Assembly: GCA_016869915.1 (NCBI GenBank)
Contig: VGDA01000002.1
Coordinates: 1 to 34,977 of the forward strand
Reading direction: 5' to 3'
DNA from: Alphaproteobacteria bacterium
GTDB taxonomy: Bacteria; Pseudomonadota; Alphaproteobacteria; CACIAM-22H2
Length of the DNA: 34,977 nt
Made by a program: the position numbers and the translations under genes. Below are positions 17,424 through 25,777 of this stretch, in pieces. Numbering within the stretch: position 1 is the first letter of the stretch; every line of letters starts with the position of its first letter. A model generated the notes under the pieces. That model searched no databases and was not told the origin of the DNA. It was given only the letters and a program-made list of their open reading frames with translations.

Positions 17424-17529
17424 CGGCCAGTCGGGTCTGGCGGGTCCGGCGCGGCGGATCTATCCTGCGCGCATCGCGCGGCTGGGCCTTCCCGGCGCGC
17501 GCCTCATTCAGGCCCCGAGGGGAAGCGCC

Positions 17530-18873
17530 ATGACCGTCAAGCCGAACTCGCTCGAAGAACTCTGGATGCCGTTCACGGCGAACAAGCACTTCAAGCAGGA
17601 GCCGCGGCTCTTCACCGAGGCGAAGGGCGTCTACCTCACGAACCATCGCGGCGAGACGCTGATCGACGGCTGCTCGGGCCTCTACTGCATCCCCGCGGGC
17701 CATGGCCGGCGCGAGATCGCGGACGCGGTGCACAAGCAGATCCTCGAGCTCGACTACTCGCCGCCGTTCCAGTTCGGCCACCCGCTGCAGTTCGAGGTCG
17801 CGCGCCGCATCGCCGCGATGACGCCCGGCGACCTCGACTACGTGTTCTTCGCCAATTCCGGCTCCGAGGCGGTCGACAGCGCGATGAAGATGGCGCTGCA
17901 GTACCACCGCGCGAAGGGCCAGCCGCAGCGCGTGCGCTTCGTCTGCCGCGAGAAGGCCTACCACGGCGTCAATTTCGGCGGCACGTCGCTCTCCGGCATG
18001 GTCCGCAACCGCGAGACCTTCGGGCCGCTGCTCGCCGGCATCAGCCACATGCGCCACACGCGCCCGCCCGAGCACAAGTTCGTCATGGGCCAGGCGGAGA
18101 CCGGCGCCGACCTCGCCGACGACCTGCAGCGCCATGCCGAGCTTTATGGCGGCGACACGATCGCGGCGGTGTTCATCGAGCCGATCGCCGGCTCGATCGG
18201 CATCCTCCCGCCGCCCAAGGGCTACCTGCAGCGCATCCGCCAGATCTGCGACCAGCACGGCATCCTGATGATCTACGACGAGGTCATCACCGGCTTCGGG
18301 CGCCTCGGCGAGAACTTCGCCTGCCAGGCCTTCGGGGTGAACCCGGACATCATGACCCTCGCCAAGGCCATCACCAACGGCGTGGTGCCGATGGGCGCGG
18401 TCGTCGCTAACGAGAAGGTCTACAAGGCCGTGACCGAGGCCGGCCCCGCGAAGGGCATCGAGTTCTTCCACGGCTATACCTGGTCCGGGAACCCGGTCGC
18501 CTGCGCGGCCTCGCTCGCGGCGCTCGACATCTACGAGAAGGAAGGCCTGTTCGAGCGCGCGAAGAAGCTCTCGACCTACTTCCTCGAGCAGATCGCGAGC
18601 TTCCGCGAGTTCGGCATCGTCACCGACACGCGCGGCATCGGCCTGCTCGGCGCGATCGACTTCGAGCCTGTCGACGGCAAGCCCGGCCTGCGCGGCTACG
18701 AGATGCTGCAGGACCTCTTCAACAACGGCCTGCTCGCGCGCATCACCTACGACACGCTCATCCTCGCGCCTCAGTTCATCTCCGAGGAGAAGCACGTCGA
18801 CGAGATGTGCGACAAGGCGCGCGCCGCGGTGCGCCGGTCGATGAACCGGCCGCAGCTGCGCGCAGTCGGCTGA
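17530..18873 (+). CDS. Class-III (omega) aminotransferase, beta-alanine/omega-amino acid:pyruvate transaminase-like
   Basis: 447-aa ORF with LWMPFTANK N-terminus, FANSGSEAVD, DEVITGFGRLG and PLP-lysine context TLAKAITNG. GAGGGGA precedes the ATG. Confidence 0.85.
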   Translation: MTVKPNSLEELWMPFTANKHFKQEPRLFTEAKGVYLTNHRGETLIDGCSGLYCIPAGHGRREIADAVHKQILELDYSPPFQFGHPLQFEVARRIAAMTPGDLDYVFFANSGSEAVDSAMKMALQYHRAKGQPQRVRFVCREKAYHGVNFGGTSLSGMVRNRETFGPLLAGISHMRHTRPPEHKFVMGQAETGADLADDLQRHAELYGGDTIAAVFIEPIAGSIGILPPPKGYLQRIRQICDQHGILMIYDEVITGFGRLGENFACQAFGVNPDIMTLAKAITNGVVPMGAVVANEKVYKAVTEAGPAKGIEFFHGYTWSGNPVACAASLAALDIYEKEGLFERAKKLSTYFLEQIASFREFGIVTDTRGIGLLGAIDFEPVDGKPGLRGYEMLQDLFNNGLLARITYDTLILAPQFISEEKHVDEMCDKARAAVRRSMNRPQLRAVG

Positions 18874-18927
18874 CGCAGGGACCGGGGGCCGGCGCGGCGC
18901 GCCGGCCCCTCCCCCGCCAATCCCGCC

Positions 18928-19866
18928 ATGGCCTATCCCAAGTCCGTCCGGATCTGCGACGTCGGCACGCGCGACGGCTTCCAGATCGAGCACGACTTCA
19001 TCCCGACGCGCGACAAGATCGCGACCATCGACGACATCGTCGCCGCGGGCGTGCGCAAGCTCGAGGTGACGTCCTTCGTCAGCCCGCGCGCCGTGCCGCA
19101 GATGGCCGACGCGGCCGAGGTGCTCGCCGGCATCGACAAGGGGCCGGGCGCGGAGTTCGTGGCCCTCGTGCCGAACCTGCGCGGCGCCGAGAACGCCGCG
19201 AAGGCCGGCGCGCGCAGCATCCTGCTCTTCGTCTCCGCGTCGGAGACCCACAACGCCACCAACGTGAACCGTCCCATCGCGGCGTCGCTGGACGGCTTCC
19301 GCGAGGTCATGGCGCTGGCCGCGCGCCACGGCATGGCCGTGCATGGCGCGATCTCGACCTCCTTCGGCTGTCCCTTCGAGGGCGACGTGCCCGCGCGCCA
19401 GGTCGCCTCGATCGCGAGGCAGATGCGCGAGATGGGCATCCGCCACGTCGCGCTCGGCGACACGACCGGCATGGCGACGCCGCCGCTCGTGCGCGCCGCG
19501 GTCGAGGCCGTGCGCGCCGCCTGCCCCGACCTCGCGATCGCGCTGCATTTCCACAACACCCGCGCGCTCGGCCTGGTCAACGTGATGGCGGGCCTCGAGC
19601 TCGGCATCACCGAGTACGAGGGCAGCATCGGCGGGCTTGGCGGCTGCCCCTTCGCACCGGGCGCGACGGGCAATGTCTGCACCGAGGACATGGTGAACCT
19701 GATGCACGAGCTCGGCATCGAGACCGGCATCGACCTCGAGGCGCTCTGCTCCGTGGCCCGCAAGGTCGAGGCGATGCTGGGCCGCCAGCTTCCCGGCCAG
19801 GTCATGAAGGCGGGCCCGCGCAGCCGCCTCTCGGGCATCGACTGCGCCGTCCGCGCCGTGGGCTGA
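18928..19866 (+). CDS. Hydroxymethylglutaryl-CoA lyase-like (HMGL family) enzyme
   Basis: 312-aa ORF with the VGTRDGFQ motif and HFHNTRALGLVN metal-binding motif on a DRE-TIM scaffold. Confidence 0.85.
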   Translation: MAYPKSVRICDVGTRDGFQIEHDFIPTRDKIATIDDIVAAGVRKLEVTSFVSPRAVPQMADAAEVLAGIDKGPGAEFVALVPNLRGAENAAKAGARSILLFVSASETHNATNVNRPIAASLDGFREVMALAARHGMAVHGAISTSFGCPFEGDVPARQVASIARQMREMGIRHVALGDTTGMATPPLVRAAVEAVRAACPDLAIALHFHNTRALGLVNVMAGLELGITEYEGSIGGLGGCPFAPGATGNVCTEDMVNLMHELGIETGIDLEALCSVARKVEAMLGRQLPGQVMKAGPRSRLSGIDCAVRAVG

Positions 19867-19992
19867 CCGGAGACGGCAGCGGCCAGCCTGCCCACGGAAC
19901 GGGCTGTTTCCGGGCCACCGTTGCCCATGGCCGCGCCACCGGCCGGGTTGAGGCGGGCGGGGCGCTGCGTTAGCGTCATCGGGCATCCGCGG

Positions 19993-20046
19993 CCTCAGGC
20001 ACGACAATGCCGGCGGCCACCTCAGGCACGACAATGCCGGCGGCCA
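19993..20046. repeat. Tandem duplication, 27 bp x2, identical (intergenic, upstream of the ABC binding-protein gene)
   Basis: cctcaggcacgacaatgccggcggcca occurs at 19993-20019 and 20020-20046. It ends about 28 nt before the ATG at 20074. Confidence 0.95.
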
Positions 20047-20073
20047 TAACGCCTCGCACCAGGGAAGGTGACC

Positions 20074-21240
20074 ATGTCGACCAGGAAGACCCGTACGTCC
20101 GCCGAGGAGACCGCACTCGCCGCGCGTCGCTTCGGCCGCCGCCTCATGCTCAAGGGCAGCCTCTACGGCACGGCGCTGGCGCTCAGCCCCGCGATCGTCA
20201 GCGACGCGCTCTCGAGCTCCGGCACCCTCAGCCTGCTGAACTGGGACGACGAGCTCCCGGATCCCGTGATCCCGGACTTCGAGAAGAAGACCGGCATCAA
20301 GGTGACGATGACGCCGTTCTCCCAGAACGAGGAGCAGATCAACAAGCTGCAGGCCACGCGCGGCGCCGGCTTCGACCTCTGCCAGCCGACGCATGACCGC
20401 GCGCAGCAGTTCGAGGAGATCGACGTCCTCCAGCCCTTCGACGAGAAGCAGCTCGCCCTCGACGGCCTGCTGGCGTCGATGATCAAGACCTCGCAGACGA
20501 GCTGGACCTGGAAGGGCCGCCTCTACCACGTGCCGCATTGCTGGGGCACCGAGGCGATCAGCTGGCGCAACGACCTGACCAAGCTGTCCTACGCGAACCT
20601 CTCCTACGGCACGCTGTGGAACGACGAGTACCGCGGCAAGGTGCAGGGCCGCCCGCACTCGCTCCTGCTCGGCATCGGCCTCTGGATGGACGCCACCGGC
20701 AAGCTGCCGTCCAACCGGATGCTCGACGCCTACAAGGACGAGGCGACGATGAAGCGGATCTACGACGTGCTCCTGCGCGAGGCGATCGCGCGCAAGCCAT
20801 GGATCAAGCAGTTCTGGGATTCCGCCGACAACACGAAGTCCGGCTTCATGTCGAACGGCGTCGTGATCGGCCAGACCTGGGACGGCCCGCCGATCAGCCT
20901 GAAGAAGACCGGCGCGCCGGTCACGTTCATGGCCCCGAAGGAGGGCGCCATCAGCTGGCTCGACGGCTGGTCGCTGACGAAGGCGGCGCGCAACGTCCCG
21001 CAGGCCTACGAGTTCCTCAAGTACTGCCACTCCGCCGAGGGCTCGGCGAAGGTGGCGGAGGGCTCGGGCTACAACCCGGTCGCCAAGGGCGCCGACGGAC
21101 TGCTTTCGGAGAAGGCCCGCGGGATCTTCAAGGAAGCCTATCCGGAGGACGCGGTCGACCGCCTCTGGCCGCGCCCGGTCGAGCCGTCCTGGTTCGCCGA
21201 GCTGCGCACCCAGTACGCCGAGAAGCTCAAGGCGGCGTGA
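20074..21240 (+). CDS. ABC transporter periplasmic substrate-binding protein (PotD/PotF-like)
   Basis: ATG at 20074 with agggaagg upstream; the ORF track's GTG at 20068 is the alternative. Twin-arginine-like leader AARRFGRRLMLKGSLYGTALALSPA. Followed by ATPase and two permease genes. Confidence 0.8.
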   Translation: MSTRKTRTSAEETALAARRFGRRLMLKGSLYGTALALSPAIVSDALSSSGTLSLLNWDDELPDPVIPDFEKKTGIKVTMTPFSQNEEQINKLQATRGAGFDLCQPTHDRAQQFEEIDVLQPFDEKQLALDGLLASMIKTSQTSWTWKGRLYHVPHCWGTEAISWRNDLTKLSYANLSYGTLWNDEYRGKVQGRPHSLLLGIGLWMDATGKLPSNRMLDAYKDEATMKRIYDVLLREAIARKPWIKQFWDSADNTKSGFMSNGVVIGQTWDGPPISLKKTGAPVTFMAPKEGAISWLDGWSLTKAARNVPQAYEFLKYCHSAEGSAKVAEGSGYNPVAKGADGLLSEKARGIFKEAYPEDAVDRLWPRPVEPSWFAELRTQYAEKLKAA

Positions 21241-21250
21241 CGTCCCGGGA

Positions 21251-21278
21251 GCCCCTTCCGCGCCCGCGCGGAAGGGGC
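21251..21278 (+). promoter_or_regulatory. Intercistronic stem-loop (12-bp perfect stem, 4-nt loop) between the binding-protein and ATPase genes
   Basis: gccccttccgcg (21251-21262), loop cccg, then cgcggaaggggc (21267-21278). It lies 11 nt after the SBP stop and 30 nt before the ATPase ATG. Confidence 0.6.
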
Positions 21279-21307
21279 CTCCCCCAGCCTCTTTCCAGCG
21301 TGACCAC

Positions 21308-22531
21308 ATGAGCGCCGACGTCGAACTCGACCGGGTGACGATCCGCTTCGGGTCGTTCACGGCCGTCAGGGATGCCTCGCTGAAGATCGCCGGCGGCGAG
21401 TTCTTCAGCCTCCTCGGGCCTTCCGGCTGCGGGAAGACCACCCTCCTGCGCACCATCTCCGGGTTCCTCGACCCGTCCGAGGGCAGCGTGCGCATCGGCG
21501 GCGAGGACATGCGCGGCATCGAGCCCAACCGGCGCCCGACCGCGCTCATCTTCCAGAACCTCGCGCTCTTCCCGCTGATGACCGTGGCCGACAACATCGC
21601 CTACGGGCTCAGGGTGCGCGGCGTCCCGCGCGCGCAGCGCATGGCGCGCGCGGCGGAGCTGCTGTCGCTCGTCGCGCTGCCGGACCAGGGACACAAGCGC
21701 GTGAGCGAGCTGTCCGGCGGCCAGAAGCAGCGCGTGGCGATCGCGCGCGCGCTCGCCGTCGAGCCCAAGGTCCTGCTCCTCGACGAGCCGCTCTCCGCGC
21801 TCGACCTCAAGCTGCGCCAGCACATGCGCAACGAGCTGCGCGCGATCCAGAAGCGCGTAGGCATCACCTTCATCTACATCACGCACGACCAGGGCGAGGC
21901 CCTGACCATGTCCGACCGCATCGCTGTCATGAACCACGGGGTGGTCGAGCAGGTGGGCACGGGGCGCGAGATCTACGCGGACCCGCGCACGCCCTTCGTC
22001 GCCTCCTTCTTCATCTACATCACCCACGACCAGGGCGAGGCCCTGACCATGTCCGACCGCATCGCGGTCATGAACCACGGGGTGGTCGAGCAGGTGGGCA
22101 CGGGGCGCGAGATCTACGCGGACCCGCGCACGCCCTTCGTCGCCTCCTTCGTCGGCGAGAACAACGGCATCGAGGGGCGCATCGCAAGCGTCGACGGCGC
22201 GCGCGCGGCGATCGACACGCCGCTCGGCCGCCTCGTCGGCCGCCGCGGCGAGGGCGCGGCGGCTGGCCGCGCCGGCACGATCTTCGTGCGGCCGGAGAGC
22301 CTGCGCGTCGCCGCGCCCGGCACGGATGCCGCGCTCGCGGCGGAGATCGTCTCCACTGCCTTCGAGGGCAGCACGACGCATGTCTTCCTGCGCGCCGCCA
22401 GCGGGCAGGCGCTCACCATGACCGTCGACATGCGCGAGGCCGCCACGCTGCCCGCGCCGGGCGCGACGCTCCGCCTCTCCTGCGACGAGGGCGAGGCCAT
22501 CGTGCTGGCCACCGACGGCAAGGGCGCATGA
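21308..22531 (+). CDS. ABC transporter ATP-binding protein (PotA-like); carries an in-frame 141-bp tandem duplication
   Basis: Walker A GPSGCGKTT, signature LSGGQKQRVAIARAL, Walker B LLLDEPLSALD. The 47-aa block FIYITHDQGEALTMSDRIAVMNHGVVEQVGTGREIYADPRTPFVASF (H-loop onward) is present twice. Confidence 0.85.
   Translation: MSADVELDRVTIRFGSFTAVRDASLKIAGGEFFSLLGPSGCGKTTLLRTISGFLDPSEGSVRIGGEDMRGIEPNRRPTALIFQNLALFPLMTVADNIAYGLRVRGVPRAQRMARAAELLSLVALPDQGHKRVSELSGGQKQRVAIARALAVEPKVLLLDEPLSALDLKLRQHMRNELRAIQKRVGITFIYITHDQGEALTMSDRIAVMNHGVVEQVGTGREIYADPRTPFVASFFIYITHDQGEALTMSDRIAVMNHGVVEQVGTGREIYADPRTPFVASFVGENNGIEGRIASVDGARAAIDTPLGRLVGRRGEGAAAGRAGTIFVRPESLRVAAPGTDAALAAEIVSTAFEGSTTHVFLRAASGQALTMTVDMREAATLPAPGATLRLSCDEGEAIVLATDGKGA
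21869..22150. repeat. Tandem duplication, 141 bp x2, 2 mismatches (in-frame, 47 aa, PotA-like ATPase)
   Basis: 21869-22009 versus 22010-22150. Mismatches at 21883/22024 (acg/acc, Thr) and 21925/22066 (gct/gcg, Ala). Confidence 0.97.
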
Positions 22532-23547
22532 GCAACCCGCTCACCGCGGCGATCCTCTTCGCGACGCCTCTGGCGGTCGCGCTGGCGTTCTGGCTGCTCG
22601 CGCTGCGCGACCGGCGCCGCGCGGGCGATCCGGGATCGACAGGCTTCTTCCGACGCAACGGACCGGTCGTCGGCGCGTTCCTGCTCGCGGCGACGACGTT
22701 CTGGATCCTGTTCATGATCGTCTGGCCGATGCTCTACATGGTCGACTACTCGTTCCACCGTAAGCTGCCGCCGTCGCGGCGCGGCGGGCCGGACGACGTC
22801 TACACGCTCGAGAACTACTGGTACTTCGTCTACGGCAGCACACGCGTCTTCACGAGCTACAACTGGGTGCACATCAACGCGTTCTGGCAGACGATCGCGG
22901 TCAGCGTCGTCATCACCGTCGCCAACTTCGCGATCTGCTACCCGCTCGCCTACTACATGGCGCAGGTCGCCAGGCCAGGCCGCCTGCGCGTACTGCTGCT
23001 GCTGCTGATCGTGCCCTACTGGGTCAACGAGATCCTGCGCGCCTTCGCCTTCATGGTCCTGTTCGGGACCGGCGGGACGATCAACAAGCTGCTGCTGGCC
23101 ATGGGCGCGATCTCGGCACCGATCGACTTCATCGGCCTGAACGTCGCGCTCTATTCCGGGCTGACCTACGCCTACCTGCTGCTCATGGTCTTCCCTCTCT
23201 ACAACGCGATCGAGAGCCTGGACCACAACCAGGTCGAGGCGGCACGCGACCTGGGCGCGCCATGGTGGCACATCCACCTCTTCGTGGTGATGCCCTTCGC
23301 CAAGCCGGGCATCGCCTCGGGCTGCACGCTCGTCTTCATGCTCGCGGCCGGCGCGCTGGCCGCGCCGCTCGTGCTCGGCGGTCCGAAGACACTGTGGTTC
23401 ACGCCGATCGTCTACGACCGCTTCTACCAGGCGTTCAACTGGCAGCAGGGCTCGGCCTACGCGATCATCCTGCTGCTCACCTGCGTCGCCTTCGTGATGG
23501 CGGTGATGCGGCTGTTCAAGGTCAGCCTGTCGGAGATCACGCGATGA
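22528..23547 (+). CDS. ABC transporter permease (PotB-like)
   Basis: 339-aa multi-pass protein with EAA motif EAARDLGAPWWHIHLFVVMPFAKPG. ATGA overlap with the ATPase stop. Confidence 0.85.
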   Translation: MSNPLTAAILFATPLAVALAFWLLALRDRRRAGDPGSTGFFRRNGPVVGAFLLAATTFWILFMIVWPMLYMVDYSFHRKLPPSRRGGPDDVYTLENYWYFVYGSTRVFTSYNWVHINAFWQTIAVSVVITVANFAICYPLAYYMAQVARPGRLRVLLLLLIVPYWVNEILRAFAFMVLFGTGGTINKLLLAMGAISAPIDFIGLNVALYSGLTYAYLLLMVFPLYNAIESLDHNQVEAARDLGAPWWHIHLFVVMPFAKPGIASGCTLVFMLAAGALAAPLVLGGPKTLWFTPIVYDRFYQAFNWQQGSAYAIILLLTCVAFVMAVMRLFKVSLSEITR

Positions 23548-24404
23548 CCTCGCGCTCCGTCCACCGGACGATGATCGGCTTCTACATCGCCCTGTTCTTC
23601 GCCTTCCTGTTCGGGCCGCTCGTGGTGATGGGCATCACGGCCTTCAACACGCCCAGCTATCCCCAGGTCTGGCCCTTCGAGGGATTCACGCTGCGCTGGT
23701 TCAAGGCGCTGCTGGCGGACCGCACGCTGATGGAGGGCTTCCGCAACAGCCTCCTGATCGGCACGCTCGTCGTCTGCCTCGCCGTGCCGCTCGGCCTCGC
23801 CGCCGCGATCGTGATGACGCAGGTCCACGCGCGGGCACGGTCGCTCTACTACCTCGTGGTCGTCTCGCCGGTGCTGACGCCCGGCGTCATCCTCGGCATC
23901 TCGACCGTGATCTTCTGGAGCGACGTCACGCGCTGGACCGGCGCGCAGGGCCTCTACAACGGCATCTTCCTGGCGACGCTCGGCCAGTCGACCTTCATCT
24001 CCGCCTACTGCATGCTGATCTTCATGTCGCGGCTGCAGCGCTTCGACCGCGCCCAGGAGGAGGCGGCGCTCGACCTCGGCGCGTCGCGCACCCAGGTCTT
24101 CTTCCATGTCCTGCTGCCGTTCCTGAAGCCCGCGCTGCTCTCGGCGGCGGTGCTCGCCTTCCTGTCGAGCTTCGAGAACTACAACACCACGACCTTCGCC
24201 ATCCTGGCGGACAAGACGCTGACCACGGCGCTGGCGGGGCGCGTGCGCCAGGGGACCACGCCCGCGATCAGCGCCCTCGCGGTCCTAATCACCGGCGTGA
24301 CCCTCGCCGGCGCGCTCCTCTACGAGTTGCTGCGCCGGCGCGAGCAGGCGCGCGACGAGGCGCGCGCCCTCGCGGCAGCGGCTGCGGAGCGCGCGGGGAC
24401 CTGA
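23544..24404 (+). CDS. ABC transporter permease (PotC-like)
   Basis: ATG at 23544 (ATGA overlap), inside ORF 23262-24404. EAA motif EAALDLGASRTQVFFHVLLPFLKPA. Confidence 0.85.
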   Translation: MTSRSVHRTMIGFYIALFFAFLFGPLVVMGITAFNTPSYPQVWPFEGFTLRWFKALLADRTLMEGFRNSLLIGTLVVCLAVPLGLAAAIVMTQVHARARSLYYLVVVSPVLTPGVILGISTVIFWSDVTRWTGAQGLYNGIFLATLGQSTFISAYCMLIFMSRLQRFDRAQEEAALDLGASRTQVFFHVLLPFLKPALLSAAVLAFLSSFENYNTTTFAILADKTLTTALAGRVRQGTTPAISALAVLITGVTLAGALLYELLRRREQARDEARALAAAAAERAGT

Positions 24405-24411
24405 CCGGCCC

Positions 24412-24678
24412 TCAGCCGATCTCGGCCAGGCTGCGGTCGGCGCCGCAGTAGCGGCGCACGGCCAGCGCCCAGTTCTCCCCCTTCCCGAAACGCCCTTCGG
24501 CGGCGCGGTCCAGGATCCCGCGGCGGACCAGCCCATCGACCGTGCAGGTCATCGCGGAGCGGCTCGGGTAATGGCCGAGGCGGCGCAGGTGACCGCGCAG
24601 TTCCTCGAACTCCCTCGGCTCCTCGGCGACCGCGGCGATGACGACGCGCTGCCAGGCGCCAACGGTGAAATCCAGCAT
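24412..24678 (-). CDS. Small hypothetical protein, possibly winged-helix DNA-binding
   Basis: Likely start MLDFTVGAW inside ORF 24412-24747. The pattern REFEELRGHL...SRSAMTCTVDGLVRRGILDR...GKGENWAL resembles helix-turn-helix plus wing. This is not a confident family assignment. Confidence 0.35.
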   Translation of the reverse strand: MLDFTVGAWQRVVIAAVAEEPREFEELRGHLRRLGHYPSRSAMTCTVDGLVRRGILDRAAEGRFGKGENWALAVRRYCGADRSLAEIG

Positions 24679-24756
24679 TCGGCTCTCCCTCCGATGTCGA
24701 GGCCGGCGCTCGACTGCGCCGCCACCCCAATCTCGAGGACCCACCATGACGGGGCG

Positions 24757-24852
24757 GAATTACCTGAAAGTTTATTCGTCTTCTTTTCTTTTTCCCGAGC
24801 TGCGATCCTGCTTGAGGAGTACAGTATTAATCGTTTTACTTCAAATAGATAG
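24757..24852. promoter_or_regulatory. Anomalously AT-rich intergenic island
   Basis: aattacctgaaagtttattcgtcttcttttctttttcccgag...gtacagtattaatcgttttacttcaaatagatagg sits in an otherwise extremely GC-rich window. It lies upstream of the minus-strand small ORF. It contains a plus-strand TTGAGG-N17-TTTACT promoter-like pair at 24812-24840. Confidence 0.4.
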
Positions 24853-24979
24853 GAGCCAGACTTGCAGTCACGGCTGCGTTCGAAGGCCGACCAGGGATGC
24901 CCCGTCGCGCCAGCCGGAGGGCCGTGATCTCGCTCCTGCCAGGGATCTGTTAATCCGGAGGGACGCCGGATCGACGGCC

Positions 24980-25771
24980 TCAGGCGAGCAGGAAACCGGC
25001 GACCAGCCGCTCGAACTCGGCCTGGAAGCAGTGGTTGTAGAAATGCCCGCCGGTGGGCATCAGCGACAGCCGCGCATCGGGGATCCGTCGCGCGAGATCC
25101 TCGCTGAAATAGGACGGGGTCACGGCGTCGTCGCGCGCGGCGCTGACCAGCGTCCGCTGCCGGATGCGCCCGACCTCCGCCGCGCGGTCGAAGGCGAGGA
25201 TCGCCGCGATGCGGGCGAGGACGATGCGGTCCTCGGTCGGCGGCACGGGAGAGGCGGCCTGCGCCGCCTCGAGTTCGTCCGCGTGGCGGGAGAGCCACCA
25301 TGGCGGATACAGGACGAGGTTGCCGAGCTGGCCGTAATAGCCGCGGCCGAGGCGCTCCATCCCCTGCGCGCGCGTGGCGAAGAGCCGGCGGAAATAGCCG
25401 TCGGCGCGGGTCCAGGTCGCGCTGAGGACGAGCCTGTCGATGCGGTCGGGGGCGTCGAGGGCGATGGTCTGCCCGATGGCGCCGCCGGTCGAATGGCCGA
25501 CCAGATGGGCGCGCGCGATCCCGAGCGCGTCCATGAGCTGCAGCACGTCGTCGGCCATCTGGCCGACCGAATAGGCGACGTCGGATGGCCCGCTGCGCCC
25601 GCAGCCGCGATGGTCGTGAAGCACCACCGTGAAGTCGCGCGCGAGCGCGGGAACGTGGCGCTGCCAGAACGTGGCGATGCCGCCCAGCCCGGGCACGAGG
25701 AGCAGCGGCGGCCCGGAGCCGTGGGTCTCGTAGTGGAGCCCCGCGCCGTCGCGCAGCCTCAGGAGCGGCAC
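24980..25771 (-). CDS. Alpha/beta hydrolase (3-oxoadipate enol-lactonase-like)
   Basis: 263-aa ORF with canonical nucleophile elbow LVGHSTGGAIG, HGSGPPLLLVPGLGG N-terminal motif and C-terminal GGHF. Confidence 0.8.
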   Translation of the reverse strand: MPLLRLRDGAGLHYETHGSGPPLLLVPGLGGIATFWQRHVPALARDFTVVLHDHRGCGRSGPSDVAYSVGQMADDVLQLMDALGIARAHLVGHSTGGAIGQTIALDAPDRIDRLVLSATWTRADGYFRRLFATRAQGMERLGRGYYGQLGNLVLYPPWWLSRHADELEAAQAASPVPPTEDRIVLARIAAILAFDRAAEVGRIRQRTLVSAARDDAVTPSYFSEDLARRIPDARLSLMPTGGHFYNHCFQAEFERLVAGFLLA

Positions 25772-25777
25772 GAGGGG

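Noticed and set aside
17347-21597. 1416-aa ORF on the minus strand
   Set aside because: It is antisense to five well-supported plus-strand genes (SDR, aminotransferase, HMGL-like, SBP, ATPase start). It is Arg/Ala/Gly/Pro-rich with no motifs. This is the typical stop-codon-poor artefact of very GC-rich DNA.
7506-22150. Repeat lengths 21, 39 and 141 coincide with k-mer sizes used by a common metagenome assembler
   Set aside because: The other lengths (9, 11, 13, 26, 27, 40, 56, 72, 152, 153) do not fit any k-mer series I know. I treat the coincidence as weak and do not base the artefact hypothesis on it.
24862-24927. Possible 21-codon micro-ORF (TTG start 6 nt after TAGGAG) downstream of the promoter-like element in the AT-rich island
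   Set aside because: It is too short, has a non-ATG start and no recognisable peptide features. It cannot be supported from sequence alone.
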